Origin: Iphione sp. A-MEVVRFRX5 | Lineage: Eukaryota | DNA: 64,000 nt | Reading direction: 5' to 3' | NCBI GenBank assembly: GCA_976226885.1 | Contig: OZ320315.1 | Location: 25,234,001-25,298,000 of the forward strand | Part shown: positions 1 through 12,930 of the stretch, piece after piece | How the letters are laid out: the number at the start of each line of letters is the position of its first letter | Position numbering within the stretch: the first letter of the stretch is position 1 | Notes under the pieces: generated by a model | Told to the model about the DNA's origin: nothing | Databases searched by the model: none | What the model saw: only the letters and a program-made list of their open reading frames with translations | Made by a program: the position numbers and the translations under genes

Positions 1-1448
1 TCAAATATAAAGGTCCAAAATGTATAATTTCGATTCAAAGGGCAGGTGTAACTCATAACAAATTATCAGAACATTAATGTTTAATTTGTACAACACAATT
101 ATAGCAAGAGCGAAATAAGCACTAACTGCAGCCAAGTGTCTTTAAGGTTGTACCATTTGACCTATTTCCAAGCGGATGTGATAAATAGCATCACCTGTCC
201 AACTTGCATATCATTTAAAGTTCATGTACATCGGGAATAAAATTTCTTCATAAAATACAAATTGGATGTGACTTGGTATTACACTTGTAATAACATCTTG
301 TAATATGGAAAAAGCGAAAACCGATAATGCAAATCACAGCACATGTCCAGGACCATTATCACAAACAAAATAAAAAAAAAAATGGCCAACCGCATTGATA
401 ATGACCTTCCAATCCACAACCGTGATACGCAGTGTGATTGACTACATAATGTCAAATACCACAGTATAGATAACCATATAAAAAAAAACGGTTAGATGAA
501 ATCCTGAAAAGGGCTCACCGATTGCTTGTTGATCCACTGTTATTGTCAAGGCTCCACTTCAAAGAAACAAAAGGACCATCGCCTCCACCAATTAATCTAA
601 TCGGGACTGCTGGTATTGGGTCTGGATGAGATTCTGAGGGTCCACGTCCACCTACAAAATGCTAGTACCGGGAACAAAAAAATAATATCAATAATATCAT
701 TAGATTAATAGAATGAGTATTAACTCAAGGCGTTCATCGACATCCTATATGTCTGTTTCGCAGATGCGATACTTGCGCTTTAGTGCAGTAACAACACACT
801 CAAAAACATAGGGTTGCTAATAAAGTGAGAGCAAAAAGTAAATGTAAATGTGCAAACCTCTTCAGGGAAAAGAACATCATAAAAGTCGAAGATAGTTTAA
901 TGAACTCACCTTTGAACATAGATATCGACTAGTCCCGATTTTATCTATATTCAACTTGAAGTACGGTTTCCCGCATGCGGCAATCCACTGCATACATTTT
1001 TTTCTCTCTTTTCATGGCTTTGGAAAACGTTCGAAATAAATGCCGCCACTAAGATGTTCAGGATACCTCTCGTCAGAATTACAATGCAAATACTCACATC
1101 TCTTAACCATGATTACTTGTTGGTCTTAACATAAAAGGAGTGTGAACCATCATAGCACATGCTTGGTAGATGTAAACATATAGAACTATGACATTGTCAT
1201 AGTTTACTACAATCCGATTGGCTGTCAAAATCAATTACATGGTACTGAACTCTCATTGGACGTTACATTTACTTCGCAGAAAGCTGGCAATCAGTCTTTT
1301 GTTGCTATGGCTTATTGTATTCTATTACATGACCCTTCAGAAGAGGTAAGAGCTTTTCATGGTGAACGAGATGTACCAGAATTATTGTGAGAGTGACAAT
1401 AATGAACCCTGATAATGTAATCCGTCCCTCAGCTTTTCATTTTCCACC

Positions 1449-2506
1449 GCTTAACCCTAAGGGTGGGCCGCAGGGTGGGCCACAGGGTGGGGCACAGGGT
1501 GGGGCGCAGGGTGGGGATCAAGATGACCGATTTCCCCAGGGCCCACGGGGTAATGCGTGATGTACTGATGATGCCGCCTTTCAGCAGTGCTTTCTTGGAA
1601 TTGATCGTAACTTAACTACGGTAACTGATAATTTAGTACTGCAAGGAGCTAGGCAGGGTGTTACTAGTTTCGATGGAAAGCCTTAATATTTTAAAACCTG
1701 GATGAAGTCCATCAAACATGCGGCTCAAAGCTATATTAACACTCCTTTAGTGGCAGTCAGGTTTAAACAGAAGTTGGCACAATTGACAGCACAAGGATCA
1801 GTGGCCGACTTCATCATTAGGTACTTGGAAGAACAAGGTGATAGGCTGAGACCACAACAACCTGGAGCGGACAAGCCACAGTTAACTCCCGAGGTGTGGA
1901 TAGAGTTTAAGGCTAAACTATCACATTGCTTTGGGGAGGTTTTTGATCCAATACACGCTAAGGGACTTCTCTGAAAGTGTAAGCAGAAGTCAGATGAAGC
2001 CGTGTATGTGTACTCAGAGTGGTTGCTGGATCTGGCTCATGACGCTTTCGAGGACAACGAATTAGAGCAGCCAGCAGTACAACTGTAGATGGTGGAGTTT
2101 TTTTTTAGGTGACTTAAAGAATCCTAAGCTAGCCCACAAGGTTATTCATGAGCGACCTACTAAATTTATGGATGCCTTCAAAATGGCCGGAGGAGAGACG
2201 GAGGTGCTCCGCCATTTTACATTTCAGAGGCGAGATGAGCATACTCCTATGGAGGTGGATGTGATTGACACTGAGCGGAAGTGAGTAGTGACCATGAATT
2301 GCTATTGTTGCAGTAAGAAAGGGCATTTCACGAGGAATTGCTATGCCGCAAAAGGAAAGCAGCCCAAGGGACAGGGTGGGAATAATTCTTCGGCAGCTGG
2401 GGCAGAGACGCTGAGGGGGAAGAAGGTTCAGTGTTACAACTATAACAAGTTCGGACACTACCAGTCGCAGTGTCTGGCTGCCTACAGCTCCCCTCAGGGA
2501 ACTTAG
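1449..2506 (+). pseudogene. gag: Gypsy gag remnant with two zinc knuckles
   Basis: CYCCSKKGHFTRNC and degenerate CYNYNKFGHYQSQC in ORF 2288-2506; capsid-like helical fragment in ORF 1702-1974. Confidence 0.8.
1459..1518 (+). repeat. 12-bp tandem repeat x5 (cagggtgggNNN) encoding (QGGP/A)n in the gag N-terminus
   Basis: Units read directly at 1459, 1471, 1483, 1495 and 1507. Confidence 0.9.
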
Positions 2507-2519
2507 GTCTCTAAGCAGG

Positions 2520-2923
2520 ATGTCAGGAACAGAACGTCCTACAATACGAATTCAGGTGGGGCCCTTTGGCTATCGGGCTCTCCTGGATATGGGTGCAGAT
2601 GTATCCATTGTACAAGAGGACATTTATCAGCTTTTAAGCAAAAAGGGGTTGGCCCGAGAAGTATCTGACCATGCGTCTACTCATAATGGGTTGGCAGGGG
2701 TGTGCTGGAACAATGAGTCGTGGCACAAATTTGGTTTCGATTTCAACAAACAACCTTTGCTCTAGATTTCCAAGTGTTGTCGGATGTGCATCACATTTTT
2801 ATCTTGGGATGGGATTGGTTCGGTCAGCACCCTGTGCAGATTCGACCAGGACAGCAGAAAGTACGATGTGGTGAGTTGACAATACCTATAATTGGTGAAC
2901 AGCAGATGGGAGCTATTGTCTGA
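2520..2923 (+). pseudogene. Retroviral-type aspartic protease remnant
   Basis: ALLDMGADVSIV (D-T/S-G-A-like motif) in 2520-2765 and ILGWDWF in the frameshifted 2720-2923. Confidence 0.85.
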
Positions 2924-3277
2924 GCAGTTGACAATGCAGTTATTCCTGGGGGGACTATGTCAGTGATTAGAGGGCAGAGGTTATTGAGAGATCCCACCAA
3001 GGATGGATGTCCCGCCATCGTGGCTGGGGTGAAAGAGGGCTTATTGATCCAGGAACCTGGAGTCATGGTGGCTAACTGCCTAATGTGTTTGCAGACTCGC
3101 ACGGTCCCCATTATAGTCACCGATGCCACCACACGAACCTTTGCCATATGAACGGGCAATGTGATTGCGGAAGTGGAGGAGGTAAGTGGCAAAACTGTCC
3201 GGGAGATAGGTCTCATTCAGACTAGTCCTGAGCCGGTGGAAAGAATGATCCCAGAGGCAGCTACTACAGTGTAAGAA

Positions 3278-4560
3278 TTGAAGACTCTGAATGCGCATCT
3301 TTTTGCCAAATCAGATATGGAGCTAGGGCAGACCCATCTCCTGACTATGGACATTGACATGGGACATTATGCTCCCAATGTGCGGAAGCCTTACCATACC
3401 CGACTGGCCCGACAGGTAGTCATGGAAGAAAAGATTCAAGATATGCTCAACGCTGGTATAATCTAGCCTAGTCACAGCCCATGGGTGACTGCCTGGAAGA
3501 AAAGATTCAAGATATGCTTGATGCTGGTATCATCTGGCCACTGCCACGTATTGATGATATATTGGCCAGGCTTTGGGGTAGTACCTACTTCTCTACCTTG
3601 AACTTGCAGAGTGGATACCATCAGGTGCCAATGGATGAATCGTCAAAGCCAAAGACTGCATTTGCTTGTCATGTGGGGTTGTTCTAGTTCAATGTTATGC
3701 CTTTTGGGTTGTGTAATGCGTCGAGTGTCTTCTGCGAATTTATGGCCAAGCTGTTGCATGGAATAAACGGAACCTTCACTACGGCCTACATTGATGACAT
3801 TTTGTTGTGGTCGCCAGATGAGGCAACCTACCGATGTCACTTGCAAATGGTTTTTGACCACTTGCGACAAGCTGTTCTCAAAGTGAAGCACAAAAAGTAT
3901 GAGTTTTTTACTATGCAGATTTGTTACTTGGGGTATGTGGTGATACCTGAAGGGCTGCAGCCTGACCTTGCTAAGGTAAACAGTATTACCAACCTGGATC
4001 CGCCTCATGATATGAAGGGTGTGCGGTCAATCATCTGAATGGCGAGTTTCTATCGCAGGTATGTTCCTACCTTTGCACAAATAGCAGAACCACTCATGAC
4101 CCGGAAGCATGCTGAGTTCAAATGGACTGATGCGTGTCAAGTGCCTTTGACGAATTAAAGGATAAGCTGAGTCATCCGTCCATATTGGGGTTCCCTCGAT
4201 TCGATAGTCTTCATCCTGTACACAGATCCAAGTGATGCTTGCATCGGGGCCGTGCTGGCCCAGGAATTTGTTCACGGAGAATGTCCCATACAGTATATGT
4301 TGCATCATTTAAGTGATACCCAGAGAAGATGGCCTGTTATAGAAAAGGAAGGGTATGCAATTGTGTCAGCCATACGCAAGTTCCAATCATATTTGTACGG
4401 ACACAAATTTATTGTGAGAACTGACCATAAACCTTTACAATTCCTATTTAAGTCTGAGCAGAAATATGCAAAGGTGCAACGATGGGCTATGCAGTTGTCC
4501 AAATACAATTGCGAAATCGAATATATACTGGGGAAAAAAATATCCCTGCTAATGCTTTGA
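3278..4560 (+). pseudogene. pol: Gypsy reverse transcriptase and RNase H remnant
   Basis: PLPRIDDIL, LNLQSGYHQV, KTAF, MPFGLCNA, AYIDDIL, YLGYVV; RNase H EKEGYAIV and VRTDHKPL. Confidence 0.95.
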
Positions 4561-4747
4561 GTAGGCTCTGATCCAACCGGGCGGAGGGTGAGTCTGAGAT
4601 GGAGGCCACTCTGCTAGAATGGACAGATATGGATGTGGCGTCAGGGGCACTTAGTGACACTTCGTCTGTTCAGAGCCTGTGAATGTTCAAATACCCAAGA
4701 CCAACTCGGAGGGAGAGGACATGCCTTTGATTCACAAAACGGACTTG

Positions 4748-6557
4748 CTAAATATGGAAGTGGAGAGGGCACAAGTGCAAGTCCCTGTGTGCCAATGGCT
4801 GAAGGAGAGGCCAAGGTTTTTGTGACTTGAAGGGCTTTGGTACTATGTAAGCCAGCGTCCGGAAGCTTGGTTTCGGTTGCTGGTGCCACAAGTATTCCAT
4901 AATATGGTACTCAATCAGCAATATGTTCGATTGGGGCATATGGGGATTGATAAGACGTATGATCACATATGGGGGCTGTATTATTGGAAAAATATGTATG
5001 CAAATGTTGTGAAGTACATCAGGGCATGTGTGGAGTGTAATACATAGAACCTGAGGAAGCAATTAAGACCTTTGCAGGAAAGGTTGCGGTTGATACGTGT
5101 GGACTGTACCCTGAGTTTGAGTATGTATTGTCCTTAATCAATGTCTATTCTGGATGGCCTGAGAGATAAGAAGGCCATGACGGTCGCACAGCCTCGTATG
5201 ACAGACATCATACCATGGCATGGGTGTCCGGTGGTATTGTTGTTAGATAATGGGATGGAATTTGTTAACAAGATTGTCACCAGACTCTGTAAGAAACTCA
5301 GTGAAGTGCATATCACCTCAAGTCCGTACCATCCAGAGGCAAATGGTAAGGTTGCGCGTATGCACCTAGTGTGGAATGAGATCGTAGCAAAGTTGACCTT
5401 GAGTGATATTGCGCGCTGGGAGGAAATGATTCCCTTTGCTTTGTTGGTAATGCATGAGTACTAGTGAGTCAACAAAGTATACTCCCTTTTATCTGCTGCA
5501 TGCACGGGACCCAGTGTTGCCTTTGGACACCTTGTTCCAACCCAGACTTCAGTATTATGGGGAGGAACATCATAAGGTGGCATTGCAATTGCAGCAGCAA
5601 GCCATGAGAGTGGTATGCTGGAATGTCGCCAAGACGCTGCAACACATGAAAAAGTATCATGATCGGCAGGCCACTGAAGTGTCCTTTGAGATAGGGGATC
5701 CTGTCTATGTGTAGAATCCCCTACGTAAGCACAAGGTGGATATGATATGGCAGCCATACCACCACATCATGGAATGGATGACTCCTGTCAATTTCGTGGT
5801 TAAGGATCAAATAGCGGGGAAGTTGAGTAAGGTTCACAGTGACCACCTTCGATTAGCAGACCTGGCCTGGAGGATACCTCCTGGGGAAGGCAGAGATGAG
5901 CAACCGCGTCGATGTGTTGCATTAGCCAGGGATACCTCTTCATCTGACTCAGACTTAGAGGAGGAGGGTGTATCAGAGAGTGGCTCTGAGTTCTCTTCAG
6001 AAGACAAAATCCTGTTAGCCCAACTGTTTGGAAGAGAATGGCAGCATGACTTGCTGCAGAGAATCAACCTGAATCCCAAAGCAGAAGGTGGGGTTGAGCT
6101 GGAGGGCCCCGCAGTTAGCGTGAATCTACCAATACAGGCGCATAGTCCTGTTGGTAGCTGAGACCATGAGTTGATGGTCACCAGTCAGGAAGGAGGGTCA
6201 GGAGGTTTGCTGAACCATGCGGAAAGGCAATCCGAGGCCAGTGTTCCGACCGTGACACCGGTCGACCTGATGGACATCCCAGAAGATACGCAGGAGAAGG
6301 TAGTTAAGCCTCGTGTGACATGAGTGCCTCGTTAGGAGGAAGGTCATGGGTTGCCCCCCTACCGAACACGATCAGTAGTCAAACAAGAGCAAGGCAAAAC
6401 TGAGGAAGTACTGTCGGGCTTGACCAGACCAACACGTAGAAGTTTAGATGAAAAGATCCAACAAACTGTGGATGCTTTAGTTGACGTGTTATCCCAGTTA
6501 GATGAAGTTGCCGATGTATTGCGAGCAGCACTGGGAATAGAGAAGAGTGGACCATAA
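4748..6557 (+). pseudogene. Gypsy integrase remnant plus acidic C-terminal tail
   Basis: LLDNGMEFVN, SSPYHPEANGKVAR, TKYTPFYLLHARDP, FEIGDPVYV, VHSDHLR; tail LPPYRTRS. Confidence 0.9.
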
Positions 6558-6593
6558 TTAATATGGTGCTCTTCTTCTGTTCCAGTTGAGCTC

Positions 6594-7543
6594 ATGATCC
6601 TGATGCTTTTGATATGGGTGTGCCAATCTGAAGAAGGGTCCTTGGAGAATGTGATTTTCAAGAAGCAGCTTGATGTGAGATCAGTGTTGTCAACATGACA
6701 TATCGACCTTGTGTCCGAGTATGACCAGTATAAGGAAACTGGTTATATGCTGCAAGACAGACTGAATCAAACTCGTCATAGGCTCCTGCAGACGGCTTAT
6801 TTGGTAATGCCACCCTGCCATCGCTTTAGTGACTGCACAAGGGCAAAACGGTGGTGAAGACCCTGATGAGATCCCAGTTGGACAGGGCAAATGTTTTACT
6901 TGAGCAAATACATCAGGCATTGCAGAGGATTGATAACATTGCTCGGTTAGGTGTCCACAAGAACATGCCGTAATAGCAGCAGGGGTGGTAGGACTGATAA
7001 CACTGGTAGCAGGAACAGCTGCTGGATTCGGTGTCATGGGAAATGAGATACATATCATAAAAAGTTGAGTGGGACAGCTGGAGTGACAACAGCTGGAGAT
7101 GCTGACTATTATGGGTGACATGATGACAGTGATTAATCAGACTCGAGTTGAGATAAGACGAAACCATGAGGGGGTTAACAAGCTGATTCAAAATTTGAAG
7201 CTAGTGGAAAACGATCTATGGGAGGCATTGCAGAGCACTAGCTACATTACATCACAACTTATTCAGCATATCAATACTATTTTGAATGCTAAATGCTACT
7301 TCTCACATTTTGAATACCAATCAAAGGCATGGGAAGGGGCTGTGGTCAGACTTGAGGCTTGGCTGGATCACTTGTTGGGAGCCCATCTGACACTGGAAGT
7401 GATCCCAGCCACTGAATTGAAGAACATCAATGTTGCCCGACAGTTGCCGCCAACACTGCAACTTCCCTATGATGCTGACGATGTCTGGAGCTATTATAAC
7501 ATTCTAGAGACTACAACAGTTATTTTTGAAGGCCAGATCATTA
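6594..7543 (+). pseudogene. env: env-like class I fusion glycoprotein, N-terminal part
   Basis: Acceptor-like cttcttctgttccag ends at 6585. Signal-peptide-like MILMLLIWVCQS starts at 6594. Hydrophobic fusion-peptide-like AVIAAGVVGLITLVAGTAAGFGVM at 6967-7038 is followed by the heptad-rich ORF 7099-7560. Confidence 0.75.
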
Positions 7544-7680
7544 CTATCTCCCTTACATAGGCACAACACAAAATACATTTGGCAAAAAGTTACTCGTTTT
7601 ATTCATGAGCATCAAGCGGCCATTTCTAGGCCAAATACAATGTACATCAGTGTATATACCACACTTTTTATATTTTAGGC
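7544..7680. repeat. Ngaro split direct repeat B2 (137 bp; partner B1 at 7894-8030)
   Basis: Direct comparison shows one mismatch between the copies. Confidence 0.95.
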
Positions 7681-7770
7681 TTACAATACATCATGCTTGG
7701 ATAGCTATGTACAGATAATATAGGTTGACATGGAGGTCAACCGACACCTGAGTTGAGGGGTGGGTGGTGG

Positions 7771-8030
7771 TAAGTAACGGACCCACAGCTCGCTAGTTCA
7801 GACTGGATGCACAGCCCGCCAGCTGCGTGGTTATAATGGCGAGCGTGGGTGCCTCCATCTCAGGAAATAACGCAGAACTATCCAGTTCCCAAGCTATCTC
7901 CCTTACATAGGCACAACACAAAATACATTTGGCAAAAAGTTACTCGTTTTATTCATGAGCATCAAGCGGCCATTTCTAGGCCAAATACAATGTACATCAG
8001 TATATATACCACACTTTTTATATTTTAGGC
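7771..8030. repeat. Ngaro internal A2+B1 junction
   Basis: 7771-7894 matches 11795-11919 and 7894-8030 matches 7544-7680. Confidence 0.95.
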
Positions 8031-8072
8031 CAGGCATTTCCCCCTAAGCAGTCACAAGACTGAGCAGCCTTT

Positions 8073-8967
8073 TTAAAAACCTTGGCTGCTTGACGTGAAT
8101 CCTCCTCTCGTTGGGCATACACAAGAACAGAGGGAGCACTCACCCATGTGCCCGTGACAATATGTTTGATAATGAGGTGCCCGCTTTTTGGAGGGCCACT
8201 GCCCCTCCCCTCCTGAAGCTATGAAGAGAGAATATATCTTCTTTGTAGCCCAGTTGTCTATTGAATAACCTGAAAACATCCCCAATCTGCTTTGTGGTGA
8301 TGGGTAGCATTGAGAAAGGATCACAAAACAGGGGCTGTGTTGGTGATAATCGCGGAACAACCTTAAACATACCAGATAGAGCGGCATACGGACATGTTGG
8401 GGTGTCTGTCTTTGGAAGAAATATTCTCCTTTGGCCGCTCCTGTCTATTGTCTTTGACCATTTTACCACTATCACCACATGCCCGTCTGCGAACGTTTCA
8501 TCACCCATGGTTAGCTGCTTGTTCGGATCAAACATTGCTTGGGTCCTTGGGGCAACATTTGATTGTCGCAGAAGTGAATAGTAAAGAAGTGAAAACACTG
8601 CTTTGAACACCACGCCCAGGATGCCCATTTCTTTCAACTTGTGAGTTGACCCCATCAGGTGCTGGAGGGAAACAGGTGACTTCCTGTTTACTACATGGTT
8701 TAAGCACTTTGACACAGCTTTTATTGCTACCTGTACTTGATAATCTTCGATTACCCTGACTGGAACCTCCAGCCTGCATATTCCGACCTTGACATTGCTT
8801 ATATACTGAGCAACTACAGCTGGCGAGAGCCCTTGGCTCACCAAATACTCAATGAATAATAGCACATCAGTCATTTGAAGTCTGAAAATGGTGATGTTAT
8901 ATATATGACAGAACCCAATAAATGTGGAGATATGCGATATTCTCCTGCTATGCGTTGCCTCTACCAC
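8073..8967 (-). pseudogene. Tyrosine recombinase (frameshifted near the C-terminus)
   Basis: LLRQSNV (catalytic R), KWSKT, SLHSFRRGGA (HxxR). After a frameshift near 8150 the frame reads GTWVSAPSVLVY with the catalytic Tyr at 8117-8119. Confidence 0.93.
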
Positions 8968-9037
8968 GTCCTGCCTCTGCCTCCTTGCTGCGGATCTTGC
9001 AAGTGGAAGTAGTCGCTCATCTTAAAAATACAAAGAA

Positions 9038-10700
9038 TCATGCATTCAAGATTTCAGTTAATGTGTGATGTGAGGGATGCATCCTGGACATACATTCGTT
9101 GTTGTCCATGAACCTTCGAGCAATCACAAAGTGCTTTCTGCTATTGTACATTCTAGACAGAGTATTGGCGTACACCATTTTCTCTCCTGGCACGTGTGTG
9201 AACTTAAGCATTATCCCATGAATCATCGCTTGGTACCATGTGAACCACACAATCGATGCTAGATCTCGGTCCCTTGCCCTTGAGTTAGACATGGCCCATA
9301 TTGTTGCCATGTTGTCACAGTGCACCTCTATGACTGACCCTTTGGGATAATGACAGGCTAGGATGTGTACTGATAGAGCTAAGTTTGCTGCTTCCAGCTT
9401 AGAAATTGACAATTTTTTGAGTAGCTTGTTTTCGTATTGCATAGAAATGTGTGGATGAGTAACCTCCCTTCCCTTGAGGACAAGCATCTACTGATATTAC
9501 ATTGGTTACGCCTGGGCTTACAAAAGGGGAGATGCCATTATATGCGGGCATTTATTTTTGGAACCACAGCATGTCCTCTCGTACTCTTGGGGTTAGACAG
9601 ATCTCATCAACTTTTCTTGCTACTGCATCCCTGTACTCTGCCAGTAACTCACATATGAATAGTCTTGCTGGAGGTAAACACGTGCTGACAAAGTTTATGA
9701 ATCTCTGAACCTGTCTTATGGAAAGAGAGTCCCTCCTACATATTTCTTTGGCAGCACTTTGGGCTTTCTTTTTTTCAGTCTTTGGGATGGAAAGGGTTCT
9801 AGCTGAAACATCAACCGTTATGCCCAGCCAAGTGGCCGAGCTCGCAGGGGGTGAGCATTTTTTCTCTGCAACCTTTAGCCCTAGGTTATGCAGGGTTTGC
9901 TTTGTTAAAATATATGCCTTGTTCGTTGCATCTAGTGTTTTGCCTACTATTACATAGTTGTCTAAGTATGCTTTAACTATTACATCTTCACATTTCGATT
10001 GAATGAACTGGATAATTTTTAATGACAACATTTGCAGGTATTATGAAGACATGCACATTCCAAAAGGTAATGATACATCAAATTAGAATTCATTTTTTAC
10101 ATTGAAAACAAGCAACGGCCAGTCTAATGGATCTATCCTGAAATTTCTATATGCTCTACTTATATCAACAGTGGCTATGTGAGCTATATCAGGGAACTTG
10201 TTTACTTCTTGCACGAGGTCGAGGGGGGTCTGGAGGGACATTGTATACTGATAGTCAAACAAATAGTGCCTTGGAATGCCCTCGTTGAACTGTGACATGC
10301 TCAGGTCAATAACAACATGTCTTTTCTCGGAGCCTGCCTTCGGCCTGGTTAGAATAGGACTGACTGCACAGTGAGAGAATGGCTTAACTATTGAGGGTTT
10401 ACTAATTGCATTACATAATGTTTCTTCCGTTATGTAGTCAAGTACACTTTTCTTATAGTCATTGGCCGACTTGTAATTCGAAATCAACACGTCTGGTACG
10501 TAAGTTCATGTATACCCAAGCTGAAAGCCAAATTTAATTCCATTAATCAGTATGTTATCAAGCTCTGTAGCTTGATCAATTATCTGCTCCCATTCCTGGA
10601 AAACAAGTGAAGAGGTTAGTGGGATACAACATTCAAATGCATTCAGTAGGCCTGAAGATTTAACAGCATTTTAAATTTAAATGAGGTGAGTGTCATTGGT
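9038..10700 (-). pseudogene. DIRS/Ngaro-type reverse transcriptase and RNase H (broken)
   Basis: VDISRAYRNFRIDPLDWPLL, KAYLDNYV, TWLGITVD; RNase H HCDNMAT and HVPGEKMVYANTLSR. Confidence 0.93.
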
Positions 10701-10872
10701 GGACGTTATTGTGGGCCAATCATGAACCCTTGAATATATCAGTGAATACACCGTTACAGGGTTTGCGTTTGTATCACAATCAATGTGATCTAATAGGACT
10801 TTTAGATCAGTATCTGAATCATTCAGGACTGCTGGTTGTTGTAGCTCTGCCAGCTGTCCCTCTGGCCGTTTT

Positions 10873-11770
10873 TTACTCTTTGTCCACTTTCAGAGCCCTC
10901 TTCTTGTGATGACACTGTTCTAACTTGTGGTCCAATGTCTTGCTGAGCACATAAAAACAGTATGGACACAAATGTCGGAATGTCACCCCCACCTCTGTTA
11001 GCTCATCCTTACTCTGGCATTTTGCTGTATGCCATGCTGGGCAGATCGTAGCTAGGTCCTTGTCTGGTCTGCCTTCAGCCCTCCTACTATAGAGGTATGA
11101 GTTTATGGCTTTACACTTAAGCTTATCAATCCTCATTGAGTCGGTCCACTTGATTTGCCCTAGGTTGATGGATTCCCAGACCTCGGTGACCCACTTGGAT
11201 ATGGGGTCCCAGTGCATTGAACCAGCCTCTTCTACTGCCTCCCTGAGGTGCTGAAGGATAATGTCCTTGTTCTCACCCGGATATTTGTCATCCAGGTACA
11301 ATGCAACAGTCCCAGCCACATATTGGTGTAATGTAAGCTTCCCCATTTCGGTCTTCTGCCCCTTTAGCATGTGAACATAAGTAGTAGGAGTAGACTTTTT
11401 AGGGTTCTTACCTGTGGCTGGGACTATGTCAGGGTACATTGTAGAGAGTAACTGATGTATGTGGTTGCTTGCTGACGCCTTGATCTGTTCAGGAGTTTGG
11501 GTAGCCTCCTGTGTCCACATTCTTGTCGTCCTTATCGGCCTTGTCCTCGTCTTGCTCTGTATCTTGGTGCTGGTCTGAGATACCTGCCTGGCTAGCCTTA
11601 GCTGGGATTCTCGTCATTTTTGTTGTGGGCTTCTTCTTTTTTCCCTTCTTGCCATTAGCCTCCTCCAATAATGTAATTCTTCTCATTATTTCCTTGAGGA
11701 TTTTTGTTTGTTCTGCCATCTGGTTTGCCTCAGCCATTGCGTTGGATTCGAATCTCAACGGTCGTTTCAT
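10873..11770 (-). pseudogene. Ngaro ORF1 (gag-like) with C-terminal Cys/His finger
   Basis: Two overlapping ORFs upstream of RT; ICPAWHTAKC...HLCPYC...H...C motif typical of DIRS ORF1. Confidence 0.75.
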
Positions 11771-11794
11771 GGCTCGAGCTAAGCGTTGTCGCGC

Positions 11795-11919
11795 TAAGTA
11801 ACAGACCCACAGCTTGCTAGTTCAGACTGGATGCGCAGCCCGCCAGCTGCGTGGTTATAAGGGCGAGGGTGGGTGCCTCCCTCTGGGGAAATAACGGGGG
11901 AACTATCCAGTTCCCAAGC
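11795..11919. repeat. Ngaro split direct repeat A1
   Basis: About 91% identical to 7771-7894 by manual comparison. Confidence 0.93.
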
Positions 11920-12120
11920 ATCTGTGAGTGTCTCACTGGATGACCCTATGGCCTCCTATACCATGTATGAAGCCATGAATATTCCAGAACGTATTCAAAT
12001 TGGATGAGCTGTACAGTTCAATCTTGAGTTCATGTACTTTGGCATAAATAAGGACTGATGACGCTATGGCATTGCCACTACAGAGGAACTTGTTCAATTG
12101 TAGCACAAAATGCAAACACC
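11920..12120 (+). pseudogene. env: env-like gene, middle part resuming after the Ngaro insertion
   Basis: Removing the insertion restores the frame FEGQII-T-SVSVSLDDPMASYTMYEAMNIP...YFGINKD. Confidence 0.75.
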
Positions 12121-12930
12121 ACAAGTCAGGTTCAAGTCAGCCTTTATTCTTCTTCAGCATCTAATCAGTACAGCTAGTCAGCATTTCATCAACAACCGGG
12201 CAAGTCCGACCAAACACGACGGACCACCAACCCTTTATACCAGAGTGACTGGATCTAGTCCTCCATCAGATGTCAAACATACAATGGGTCGTTAAGCTTT
12301 TACACTCCTGATGTCACTAACACCCCGCATCCAGGGTCGCGCCTAAGCATCGCTTATATATTATCTTGTTTGTTGTGCCTCTGTGCCATGTGAAACAAGT
12401 ACTAAGATACCGTGTGAACTAAGAAGACTTTAAACGATCAGGGATTCAATTACTGTTATCGCTGATACCATGAAGAATTGCGAAGTAAGTGAAAGAACAC
12501 TTCCTGCGTGTAACAAACCAAATTTTTGTCCACATCATTACCTTACTCTGCAAACGGCCTTACTTCCAATTCTTATAACTATACACTGTGCAGTCATTGT
12601 ATTCATCAATAGCCTTTGACACACAATCATTATGACTATTCTTAGTACAACATTGACTCCCTTTATTTGGTTTATTTCGGCAAACACTTGTGATGTCCCA
12701 ATACATCATCATCGTATTCATAACTGTGTTACACAATGTTAACTTAGGGAAGGGTCTTGTTTAGTCTTTTCACTGGTTTATGAGCTGAACATGCACTCAG
12801 TATTGTGTGATGGCTATCTTCTGTGGAGAACTGGAGTGAATGCATAAACTGTGCCAACGAATAAACAATGTTGAACAATGTGTCAATGACTCAAGCTATA
12901 TATTTGGATTGAGGGAACTGGGTAGTTACT
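12121..12930. other. 810-bp unclassified insertion within env, flanked by ACACC direct repeats
   Basis: acacc at 12116-12120 and 12931-12935; removal rejoins the env frame (MQT-PTDLSLHIQC). Confidence 0.45.

Larger units (their letters stand above)
7544..11919 (-). mobile_element. Ngaro-group (DIRS order) tyrosine-recombinase retrotransposon with split direct repeats A1-ORFs-B1-A2-B2
   Basis: A repeats 11795-11919 and 7771-7894; B repeats 7894-8030 and 7544-7680; ORF1, RT/RNase H and YR on the minus strand; no TSD. Confidence 0.92.
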
